Assembly (NCBI GenBank): GCA_964448715.1
Contig: CAYUWX010000003.1
Coordinates: forward strand, 1-33,542
From: Candidatus Woesearchaeota archaeon
GTDB lineage: Archaea > Nanobdellota > Nanobdellia > SCGC-AAA011-G17 > PNOQ01
Length of the DNA stretch: 33,542 bases
Direction: 5' to 3'
Numbering within the stretch: position 1 is the stretch's first letter; each line of letters begins with the position of its first letter. This document shows positions 24,635-32,322 of the stretch, piece after piece. Both the position numbers and the translations under genes were made by a program. Under the pieces are notes generated by a model. It ran no database searches. It was not told the DNA's origin and was given only the letters and a program-made list of their open reading frames with translations.

Positions 24635-26276
24635 TCAAGGGTTTATCAAAAGACATTCTTTTAGGTTTTGGTTCTTCTTTTTTAGGTTCTTGAGGTATTG
24701 GAAAAAAAGGTTTAACTGCAAAAGGTTCTTTTTTCTCTTCTTTTTTAACTTCAGATTTTTCTATATCTTTTAATATTCTTGCTTTAAAATCTTCAATTTC
24801 TTTTTTTTCTTGATTATCTTCTTCTTTAACAGGTTTAGTAACTCTACTTTTAAATTTTTGAACTTTTTTCTTTCTTTTAAATTTTGGAAATTCCTTTTTA
24901 TTAAAGAAAAATGCAGATAATATTATTAAGGAAATTATAATTAATCCAAATACATAACTTATAGAATCATTATCTCCACTACCCGGTAATCTAATTGCTT
25001 GACCAGTAATGGATTTCAAAAAATCACTTGTTTTAGAACCAAATGACCTTTCATCTTTTATTTTTACTTGGAAAGTTTGATTCAATACATTTATTTCATA
25101 ATCAAGATCTTTTAATTCCTTATATAAATCAATTGAAATAATTTCTCCAGGTTTTATATTTGTCCTTATATTCAATGTTTTATTATGATCCTCACTAATT
25201 GCTAAAATTTCCAAAGGTTCAGTATACCTAACATTTCCAGAATTTTGAATATTCAAAGTTTGTGCAACTAATTCAATGTCCAAGGTTTCAACAATAGGTA
25301 TTTCAATAAATTTTTCACTTTCTAATTTAACAGACTCTACTCTAATTTTCCATTGGCCAGGTAAAGAATCTTCAGTTAATAAATATCTTATTTCAGAACC
25401 ACTAGAAAAGCTTTCTTCAAATATTTTTTTTCCTTTAGTATCATATATTTGTACATTTATATCTTCTACAATTTCTTCACTTGCTTGATCATAAATAGAA
25501 ACTAAAAATATTAATTCTTCATTTGGTAAAAATGTTTTTTTATCTAATCCTATTTCTAATGAATTTTGTTGAGGGATAATATACATTTTTAATTCAGTTT
25601 CACCAGAATTCCCATAAGTATCTTCAACCCTTATTTTTACATCATGATAATTTGATTTAATATTTGTATCTAATAATAATTCATAATCTAGGTTACCATT
25701 ACTTATTTCAGTAGTATATTCAATACCATCTAAAGTTAGAGTAACATCTCCTAAAGGGATATTATTTCTATCTAAATTTCTTTGAATAGTTCCTAAAACT
25801 TTTAATTTATCTCCAGGAATTAATTGATCTTTATCAAAATTAACATCTAAGATTAATTTATCATCAATAACTAAATCTCTTAAATTTTCAAAATATTCCA
25901 AAGTATTTCCATTAAAATCCTTTAGTTCAACAGAAATATCATATGTTCCACGAGGTAAATTTTTTAATTTAGGTGATAATGTATATGTTCCATCAAAAAC
26001 AGATAAATAAATTTCATTTTGATAAATTTCTGAAGTAAAATAAAATATCATATTTATTTGATCTTCAACCAAATTATTATTTTCAAAAACCTTTCCACCA
26101 ATTGTTATAACATCTCCAAGTTGTATTCTAGTTTTATCAATATTCATTTCAATACTATAACTAGAGTTATCAGGAATTTGTGTACTTTCATTAGTTTCAG
26201 TTTCATTATCTTCCGCACTAATAAATGGGAGACATAACAAAAACATTAGCACCAATAAATAAACTCTTTTTTTCAT
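24618..26276 (-). CDS. large exported surface protein with C-terminal TM anchor and Lys/Glu-rich tail
   Basis: Signal peptide MKKRVYLLVLMFLLCLPFISA. Long beta-rich-looking ectodomain. TM YVFGLIIISLIILSAFFF, then about 95 residues rich in K/E/P. Converges on and overlaps the methyltransferase gene by 17 nt. Confidence 0.7.
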   Translation of the reverse strand: MKKRVYLLVLMFLLCLPFISAEDNETETNESTQIPDNSSYSIEMNIDKTRIQLGDVITIGGKVFENNNLVEDQINMIFYFTSEIYQNEIYLSVFDGTYTLSPKLKNLPRGTYDISVELKDFNGNTLEYFENLRDLVIDDKLILDVNFDKDQLIPGDKLKVLGTIQRNLDRNNIPLGDVTLTLDGIEYTTEISNGNLDYELLLDTNIKSNYHDVKIRVEDTYGNSGETELKMYIIPQQNSLEIGLDKKTFLPNEELIFLVSIYDQASEEIVEDINVQIYDTKGKKIFEESFSSGSEIRYLLTEDSLPGQWKIRVESVKLESEKFIEIPIVETLDIELVAQTLNIQNSGNVRYTEPLEILAISEDHNKTLNIRTNIKPGEIISIDLYKELKDLDYEINVLNQTFQVKIKDERSFGSKTSDFLKSITGQAIRLPGSGDNDSISYVFGLIIISLIILSAFFFNKKEFPKFKRKKKVQKFKSRVTKPVKEEDNQEKKEIEDFKARILKDIEKSEVKKEEKKEPFAVKPFFPIPQEPKKEEPKPKRMSFDKPLTKNKW

Positions 26277-26298
26277 ATTATCTTTATCTTCATACTTA

Positions 26299-26306
26299 TT
26301 TATAAA
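26299..26306 (-). promoter_or_regulatory. TATA-like box for the 24618-26276 gene
   Basis: tttataaa centred 26.5 nt from the minus-strand start at 26276. Confidence 0.5.
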
Positions 26307-26327
26307 GTTTTTCTAAGAAAAGATAAA

Positions 26328-26335
26328 ATTTAAAT
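26328..26335 (+). promoter_or_regulatory. TATA-like box for thrS
   Basis: atttaaat centred 26.5 nt upstream of the ATG at 26358. Confidence 0.5.
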
Positions 26336-26357
26336 ACTAATGTGTAAAGTTTAGATT

Positions 26358-28061
26358 ATGAAAAAAGATTTAGATACACTAAGACATTCTGCGTCTCACG
26401 TTTTAGCACAAGCAGTTAAGGAATTATTCCCTAAAGTTAAATTGGGGATGGGGCCATCAATAGAGAATGGATTCTATTATGATTTTGATAAAAAACAAGG
26501 TTTTTCACCTGAAGATTTAGATAAAATAGAAAAAAGGGCAAATGAAATAATAAAAAGAGATATTAAAATAGAAAAAATAGAAGTTTCAAAACAAAAAGCA
26601 AAAGAAATGCTAAAGGGCGAGTCATACAAATTAGAATTATTAGAAGATTTAAAAGGAAAAGTTACTTTTTATCAACAAGGCGATTTTATTGATTTATGTG
26701 CAGGCCCACATCTTAAAACAACTAAAGAAATAAAAGCTTTCAAAATATTAAAAACTGCAGGAGCATACTGGAAAGGAGACTCTAAAAATAAAATGCTTCA
26801 AAGAATTTATGGTACTGCATTTTATGATAGAAAAGAATTAAGAAAATATCTAAATATGTTAGAAGAGGCGAAAAAAAGAGATCATAAAAAATTAGGAGAA
26901 CAATTAGATTTATTTTCATTTCATGAAGAAGGTCCAGGATTTCCGTTTTTTCATCCAAAAGGAGTAAGATTATATAATGAATTAGTTAATTTCTGGAAAA
27001 ATATTCATAAAAAAAATAATTATGAAGAAATTAAAACTCCAATTATGCTAAATAAAAATTTATGGTTACAATCTGGACACTGGGAAAATTATAAGGAAAA
27101 TATGTATTTGACTAAAATTGATAATAAAGATTATGCAATTAAACCAATGAATTGTCCGGGAGGAATTTTAGTTTACAAAAGTTCATTACACTCTTATAAA
27201 GAATTTCCACTTAGGATGGGGGAATTAGGTTTAGTGCATAGGCACGAATTATCCGGAGTATTAAATGGGCTATTTAGGGTAAGATCATTTACACAAGACG
27301 ATGCACATATTTATTGTACTGAAAAACAATTAGAAGAAGAAATAATTAATGTAATAAAATTATCTCATGAAATTTATGAAACATTTTGTTTAACTCATGA
27401 ATTAGAGTTATCTACAAGGCCAGAAAAATCAATTGGAACTACAAAAATGTGGGATAATGCAGAAGAATCTCTAAAAAAAGCACTTAAAAAATTAAAGTTA
27501 AATTACACATTAAACTCAGGAGACGGGGCATTTTATGGTCCAAAAATAGACTTTCATATTAAAGATTCATTAGGAAGAACTTGGCAATGTGGAACAATTC
27601 AGGTAGATTTTTCAATGCCAGATAAATTTGATCTAGAATATACTAACAAAGATGGAAAAAGACATAGGCCAGTTATGATTCATAGAGCAATTCTTGGAAG
27701 TTTAGAAAGGTTCTTAGGAATTTTAATAGAACACTATGCAGGAAAATTTCCACTATGGTTATCTCCTGTTCAAGTTAAAATACTAACAGTTACAGATAGA
27801 TCAAATAAATTTGCAAAAGAATTAGAAGAAAAATTCAAAGAAAATAACATAAGAACAGAAATAGATAATAGAAATGAATCTATATCTAAAAAAGTTAGAG
27901 ATGCTCAAAATCAAAAAGTTAATTATATGATAACAATTGGAGACAAAGAAATCAAATCTAAAAAATTAGCAATTAGAACAAGAGATGGAAAAGTTTCTTT
28001 TGATGTTTCTACAGATAAGTTTATTAAAGATTTACAAAAAGAGATTAAAGATAAAAAATGA
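26358..28061 (+). CDS. thrS: threonine--tRNA ligase, bacterial-type editing domain, no TGS domain
   Basis: Starts directly in the editing (second additional) domain: RHSASHVLAQAV (HxxxH) and DLCAGPH (CxxxH). Class II core motifs FRVRSFTQDDAH and GTIQVDF, then an anticodon-binding domain. 567 aa. Confidence 0.95.
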   Translation: MKKDLDTLRHSASHVLAQAVKELFPKVKLGMGPSIENGFYYDFDKKQGFSPEDLDKIEKRANEIIKRDIKIEKIEVSKQKAKEMLKGESYKLELLEDLKGKVTFYQQGDFIDLCAGPHLKTTKEIKAFKILKTAGAYWKGDSKNKMLQRIYGTAFYDRKELRKYLNMLEEAKKRDHKKLGEQLDLFSFHEEGPGFPFFHPKGVRLYNELVNFWKNIHKKNNYEEIKTPIMLNKNLWLQSGHWENYKENMYLTKIDNKDYAIKPMNCPGGILVYKSSLHSYKEFPLRMGELGLVHRHELSGVLNGLFRVRSFTQDDAHIYCTEKQLEEEIINVIKLSHEIYETFCLTHELELSTRPEKSIGTTKMWDNAEESLKKALKKLKLNYTLNSGDGAFYGPKIDFHIKDSLGRTWQCGTIQVDFSMPDKFDLEYTNKDGKRHRPVMIHRAILGSLERFLGILIEHYAGKFPLWLSPVQVKILTVTDRSNKFAKELEEKFKENNIRTEIDNRNESISKKVRDAQNQKVNYMITIGDKEIKSKKLAIRTRDGKVSFDVSTDKFIKDLQKEIKDKK

Positions 28062-28525
28062 ATTTACAAGAAGAATATTCTAATATATTAGAGTCAGAAG
28101 AATATAAAGAATTTAAACAAAATAATCCAGAATCATATTTATCAAGTGTTTTTTTAGATAATTCTGGTTGGCAATTTAATTTTTATTATGATAATAAATT
28201 AATAACTTTTTATTTAGAAGATTCAATAATTAAAACAGAAGAATCAGAAATTTATGAAAAAAAAGAAATAAAAGAATTAAAATTAAATGATATTAAAGTT
28301 TCAAAGCAAGAAGCAGAAGAAATAATAAATCAAGTAATGGATAAACACGGAAATGAAGAAATTAATAAAAAGATTATAATTTTGCAACAAAAAGAAGTTC
28401 CATTTTGGAATATTACTTATATAACAACAACACTAAATGTTCTTAATGTAAAAATAAATGCCATTTCCAAAGAGATTCTAGAGCAAAAGTTTGAAAATAT
28501 AATGAAATTTAAAGGAACTCAATAG
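28058..28525 (+). CDS. hypothetical protein (possible PepSY-like C-terminal region)
   Basis: 155-aa ORF translationally coupled to thrS (ATGA overlap). No confident family. Confidence 0.45.
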   Translation: MNLQEEYSNILESEEYKEFKQNNPESYLSSVFLDNSGWQFNFYYDNKLITFYLEDSIIKTEESEIYEKKEIKELKLNDIKVSKQEAEEIINQVMDKHGNEEINKKIIILQQKEVPFWNITYITTTLNVLNVKINAISKEILEQKFENIMKFKGTQ

Positions 28526-28715
28526 TTTTTCTTTTTGATTTTAAACCAGATTTAATTTTAGTTCTTTTTTTAAAATATTTAGATAAAAATTTTTCAATTT
28601 CCAAATTAGCTTTTCCATTTTCTGGTTTAGATTTTATAGAAACACGATAAAGATTTAATTCTTCATCAAAATTTATAGAATTATTTTTTGCATTTGCTTT
28701 AACAATAATTTTCAT
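28509..28715 (-). CDS. DUF167/YggU-family protein
   Basis: KIIVKANAKNNSI...VSIKSKPENGKANLEIEKFLSKYF...IKSGLKSKRKTIEF follows the DUF167 pattern (GKAN motif and C-terminal G..S..K.I). Confidence 0.7.
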   Translation of the reverse strand: MKIIVKANAKNNSINFDEELNLYRVSIKSKPENGKANLEIEKFLSKYFKKRTKIKSGLKSKRKTIEFL

Positions 28716-28735
28716 AAAAATAAAAAGAAAAAAGA

Positions 28736-28951
28736 TTATTTATATTTTTCTAAATCAGATATTCCATATGGTCCACTTTTTTCAATTAAGTCTACCATAT
28801 AACCTTGTCTTTCATCCATAAATTGTTCATAATTCAAAGAAATTTCAGATTCTGAATTTTTTATTTTCTTTTCTAATTTTTCACAATTTTTTTTGATTTT
28901 TTCTTTTTCAACTAAAATTTTCAATGCTTGTTTAAATTTTTTTGTTGCCAT
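28736..28951 (-). CDS. small hypothetical protein (coiled-coil-like)
   Basis: 71-aa ORF. GGAG about 10 nt upstream of the ATG. No family recognised. Confidence 0.4.
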   Translation of the reverse strand: MATKKFKQALKILVEKEKIKKNCEKLEKKIKNSESEISLNYEQFMDERQGYMVDLIEKSGPYGISDLEKYK

Positions 28952-29013
28952 TTTTTTGATTCTCCATTAAAATTATAATATTTTTAAAAATAAGATACTT
29001 ATAAATCTTTCTA

Positions 29014-29039
29014 TTTGTAACTACTTAAAAGAAATAACA
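29014..29039. repeat. 26-nt intergenic element, copy 1
   Basis: tttgtaactacttaaaagaaataaca matches 30495-30520 at 25 of 26 positions. It lies 7 nt upstream (in the minus-strand sense) of a ttataaat box at 28999-29006. Confidence 0.8.
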
Positions 29040-29774
29040 TTATTTAAATCTATTAATAGCTTCTTCTTCAATAAAATGTAAGTCCTTAGCAGGTATAATC
29101 AAACTTTGAGGATAAAATTCAAATTTTTCTTTAGTCAATTCTTTCAAAGTTCTAGTTTTTATTTCTGCAGCACGAGATCCCAAATGACTACATCCTATAG
29201 CTAAAGTATCTTCAGAAACACTATGGCCAATTAAATATTTTGCAGCTTCACCAATATTCAAAAATTTATTTTCTTGTGGATCTAAATCTAATAAAAATAA
29301 TGTATGCATGCCATTTTCATAATTTTTCTCAAAAACATCAATTGGTGCACGAACATGCTTATTTCCAAAAGGAATGCTTGTTGTTTTCCCATATTTATAT
29401 AATTCTAATCCTATAGCTCCTACAACTGTCAATACTGAAGCATTAAATGCATAATGAACTTTTATTCCCATTTTTTGAGCCCTAAGAACTAAATCCATAT
29501 GGGTTGTAGCTCCAAAAATATCTCCCTTTACTAAAAATGCAACATCTTTATCTTTTGCTTTTTCTAAAATTTCATTATCTTCTTTTTCAACTATATCTCG
29601 GTTTGCAATAATAATTTTTTTTCCATATAATTCTTCTAAATCTTCTAATGAAGAATCAATTAAAGAAGTATAAATTTCTAAATAAACTGAATCACACCTT
29701 TTTACAGCTTCTAAACCTTTAAGTGTAATATCTTTTTCATCATGCATTCCTAATCCAATCATGTATAAAGCCAT
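29040..29774 (-). CDS. dph5: diphthine synthase (Dph5)
   Basis: MALYMIGLGMHDEKDITLKGLEAVKRCDSVYLEIYTS N-terminus and tetrapyrrole-methylase fold motifs typical of Dph5. 244 aa. Confidence 0.93.
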   Translation of the reverse strand: MALYMIGLGMHDEKDITLKGLEAVKRCDSVYLEIYTSLIDSSLEDLEELYGKKIIIANRDIVEKEDNEILEKAKDKDVAFLVKGDIFGATTHMDLVLRAQKMGIKVHYAFNASVLTVVGAIGLELYKYGKTTSIPFGNKHVRAPIDVFEKNYENGMHTLFLLDLDPQENKFLNIGEAAKYLIGHSVSEDTLAIGCSHLGSRAAEIKTRTLKELTKEKFEFYPQSLIIPAKDLHFIEEEAINRFK

Positions 29775-29797
29775 AAAAACAAAGAAAAATTATTCCT

Positions 29798-30319
29798 TTA
29801 TAAAGTTATTTTTTTTGTAAATTCTGCAAAAATCGCACCAGAAACAAAAGCAAAAATAACATTTTCTACTCCTGTAATTGAAGTTTTAAAATAAATTAAT
29901 ACGAAAGGTATTGCAAATGTAACAAATGAAACAACTATCCTTTTTTGAACATTCTTTAATTTAGTGAACTTGTTATTGATTAAAGCACCCCTAATAATTC
30001 CTACTAAAAATATCAAAACTGCGACAATATAAAAATAATTACTTTTCTCCCAAAAAGATAAAACAAAAAGTATTCCCAAATAAAAATATATTTGACTAAT
30101 TCCTAAATAAACTACTATACCTGCTAAAAAAGCCAATAACATATGAGAAATTTGTGCATACCAAGCAAAAAATAAACTAAGTATCAAAAGAGTAAAAATT
30201 AATAATTTATAACTTAAAACAAAATAAGATTTTCCTTCATTAACCTCATCTTTAGTATAATTAGCTATAATAACGCCTAAGATCAATCCTAAAAATGTAA
30301 GTATTGCTAAATTAAACAT
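29798..30319 (-). CDS. hypothetical integral membrane protein
   Basis: 173 aa with about 5-6 hydrophobic segments. atttaaat is centred 24.5 nt upstream of the start. It lies 23 nt upstream of dph5 and is probably co-transcribed with it. Confidence 0.6.
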   Translation of the reverse strand: MFNLAILTFLGLILGVIIANYTKDEVNEGKSYFVLSYKLLIFTLLILSLFFAWYAQISHMLLAFLAGIVVYLGISQIYFYLGILFVLSFWEKSNYFYIVAVLIFLVGIIRGALINNKFTKLKNVQKRIVVSFVTFAIPFVLIYFKTSITGVENVIFAFVSGAIFAEFTKKITL

Positions 30320-30365
30320 AAGTTTTTGAATTATTTATTATTTAAATAGATTATTGTAATAAAAA

Positions 30366-30447
30366 CGCCGGGACTGGGATTTGAACCCAGATGCCCATAG
30401 GGCCTAGCTTAGCAGGCTAGTGCAATACCAGATTATGCGATCCCGGC
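30366..30447 (-). tRNA. tRNA-Ser (anticodon GCU)
   Basis: Reverse complement GCCGGGATCGCATAATCTGGTATTGCACTAGCCTGCTAAGCTAGGCCCTATGGGCATCTGGGTTCAAATCCCAGTCCCGGCG. Acceptor GCCGGGA/TCCCGGC, anticodon stem CTAGC/GCTAG with loop CTGCTAA, long variable arm GCCC-TAT-GGGC, T arm CTGGG/CCCAG. Followed by TTTTT and no CCA. Confidence 0.9.
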
Positions 30448-30471
30448 ATAACAAAGTTTAGCTTTAATTTA

Positions 30472-30481
30472 CTTTTAAAAG
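30472..30481 (-). promoter_or_regulatory. TATA-like box for tRNA-Ser
   Basis: cttttaaaag palindrome centred about 29 nt upstream of the tRNA 5' end (30447). Confidence 0.45.
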
Positions 30482-30494
30482 TTTCTAATTAGTT

Positions 30495-30520
30495 TTTGTA
30501 ACTACTTTAAAGAAATAACA
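30495..30520. repeat. 26-nt intergenic element, copy 2
   Basis: tttgtaactactttaaagaaataaca. It lies 13 nt upstream (minus-strand sense) of the tRNA-Ser TATA-like box. Confidence 0.8.
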
Positions 30521-30567
30521 AAACAAAAGGTTTATAAATAGAAAAATAAAAAATAATTCTATGAAAA

Positions 30568-31038
30568 ATGAAAAAAATAATTATTTTACAAATATTAATT
30601 TTACTAGCACTTTTTGCTAATTTAGCATATAGTTTTGATTTAAGACATCCTGTAACTTTCACCTCCAATGAACTTATTTCGCCACAGGATAGGATCAAAG
30701 ATTCGCAAATCCATATTTATAAAAATAAAATAATTTTAGATATAGAAAATGCTAATTATGCAAGATATGCAGATACAAATTCTATGGATCCAATTTTAGA
30801 TAAGGGTGCAACTGGAATAGAAATAATTCCAAATACTGAAAATGATATTCATGTTGGAGATATAATCACATATCAACCAGAATGGACAAATAACCTAGTA
30901 GTTCACAGAGTTATTTTCATAGGAGAAGATGAAAAAGGATGGTATTGTTATACAAAAGGAGATAATACAAATTCAATAGATCCTGGAAGAATAAGATTTA
31001 ATCAAATTAAATATTTACTAATAGGTGTATTATATTAA
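30568..31038 (+). CDS. type I signal peptidase, archaeal/Sec11-like (S26 family)
   Basis: N-terminal TM IIILQILILLALFANLAYS. Ordered boxes TNSMDP (SMxP Ser), VGDII, VVHRV (His) and TKGDNTNSIDPG (GDN..D). tttataaa lies about 30 nt upstream of the ATG. Confidence 0.7.
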   Translation: MKKIIILQILILLALFANLAYSFDLRHPVTFTSNELISPQDRIKDSQIHIYKNKIILDIENANYARYADTNSMDPILDKGATGIEIIPNTENDIHVGDIITYQPEWTNNLVVHRVIFIGEDEKGWYCYTKGDNTNSIDPGRIRFNQIKYLLIGVLY

Positions 31039-31039
31039 A

Positions 31040-31372
31040 ATGGCAATAGGATTTAATAATGAAAAAAATAAAGAAAATAGTACAACATTCAATTCTCTTT
31101 TAGGAGAATATGTAAGGATCACAACCCATCAAGGACCTTATTTTGGAAAATTAGATTATACGGATAGTGATACAACAATTACAAACCCAAGTCTAATTGA
31201 ATTACCTTTTTCATATGAAAAACAAGATAAAGATATTATAATTTCAATAATGCCAATTCCAAAAACAGCATTAGAAGAAATTATTGGAAATACTGAAATA
31301 AGTAATGAAAATAAAGGATTATTAAAAAATATTACAAATAAAATATATGGATTAATAAATAAAATTACTTAA
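31040..31372 (+). CDS. hypothetical small protein
   Basis: The track ORF starts at a GTG (31025). The in-frame ATG at 31040 lies 1 nt after the upstream stop and is preferred. No family recognised; the GEYVRITTHQGPYFGKL stretch is only vaguely Sm-like. Confidence 0.4.
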   Translation: MAIGFNNEKNKENSTTFNSLLGEYVRITTHQGPYFGKLDYTDSDTTITNPSLIELPFSYEKQDKDIIISIMPIPKTALEEIIGNTEISNENKGLLKNITNKIYGLINKIT

Positions 31373-31373
31373 A

Positions 31374-32321
31374 ATGAGTTTAGAAAATAAATTAAATGGG
31401 GCTAGAGAATTAATAGAAAATTTTCAAACACATAATTATAGATTAAATGTTTTACCATCTAAGTGGGATATTTTAAAAAAATCTAGCGATTCAATAAATT
31501 GTATAGGTTCAATAGGTGCAGCTAAATTTGATTTTGATAAATTATATGAAAAATATAAACAAAATAATTATGATTCCAATGCAGAAATTGAAAGAGATTT
31601 TAATAGATTAAAAAATTATGCAAGAAGTTATTTTGGAGGATTTTGGAGTTTAGTTGCAAATACCTTAGAAGTTCTAGCACTTACACAATTTCCAGAAGAA
31701 AAGTTATTTAAAAAACACAAAGATGGAAGAAAAACACTTAAGGGGAAAAAATTTAAAAAATTATTAGAAAAAAACAATAAAGAACTTTATGATATTTTAT
31801 ATCAAGAATCTGATTTTAAAAGAAATTTAAGACATCCTTTATCTCACTGGTCTGAAAAAGATATTATAAAAGATAATGGGGAAAAACCAAAAAAAGAAAG
31901 TAAATTTAATATTTCATCTGAAAATTATTTAAAGAACAGAACTAATATTTTTGAATATGATATGGATTTTTTTAATAAAAAGAGTTTATCTCACTGGTCT
32001 GAAAAAGATATTATAAAAGATAGGGGTGGGAAACCGGAAAGCAAGTATAATATTTCTGAAAAGAATTATTTGGCAGATAAAAAGAATTTTTTTGATTATA
32101 AAATTGATTTTTTTGATGAAAAGAATTATTTAAAAATGTTACCAAAAAATATAAAAGACTCCTATGCCTTATTTTTAAAAACAGATGATTTCAGAGGATT
32201 TAGAATAATGATAGTTGAAGATTTAAATGGTAATAAATATAATATGCAAGATATAATGTCCAGCAATGGATTAAATTCAATAGAAAAGATAATTAAAGTT
32301 TATCAGGAGTTAAATAAATAA
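31374..32321 (+). CDS. hypothetical protein with internal tandem duplication
   Basis: 315 aa. The start lies 1 nt after the previous stop. Two consecutive modules of 49 and 47 aa begin with LSHWSEKDIIKD. No family recognised. Confidence 0.55.
   Translation: MSLENKLNGARELIENFQTHNYRLNVLPSKWDILKKSSDSINCIGSIGAAKFDFDKLYEKYKQNNYDSNAEIERDFNRLKNYARSYFGGFWSLVANTLEVLALTQFPEEKLFKKHKDGRKTLKGKKFKKLLEKNNKELYDILYQESDFKRNLRHPLSHWSEKDIIKDNGEKPKKESKFNISSENYLKNRTNIFEYDMDFFNKKSLSHWSEKDIIKDRGGKPESKYNISEKNYLADKKNFFDYKIDFFDEKNYLKMLPKNIKDSYALFLKTDDFRGFRIMIVEDLNGNKYNMQDIMSSNGLNSIEKIIKVYQELNK
31839..32126 (+). repeat. in-frame tandem duplication (147-nt unit + 141-nt unit)
   Basis: 31838-31875 is identical to 31985-32022 (38 nt). 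The remainder of each unit has diverged and carries a 6-nt indel. Confidence 0.9.
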
Positions 32322-32322
32322 A

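Noticed and set aside
29014-30520. The 26-nt direct repeats as att sites of an integrated element next to tRNA-Ser
   Set aside because: The enclosed block holds core genes (dph5, a membrane protein and the tRNA itself) and no integrase or mobile-element genes. The repeat is not part of the tRNA sequence.
31830-31847. RHPLSH as a HEPN-type Rx4H RNase motif in the 315-aa protein
   Set aside because: The pattern is too short to be meaningful alone. The duplicated copy lacks the Arg (KKSLSH), and I cannot confirm a HEPN helical fold from the sequence. I kept it only as something a profile search could test.
31838-32126. Diversity-generating retroelement template/variable repeat pair
   Set aside because: Mismatches between the two units are not confined to adenine positions, the units are tandem and in-frame within one gene, and no reverse transcriptase is present in the window.
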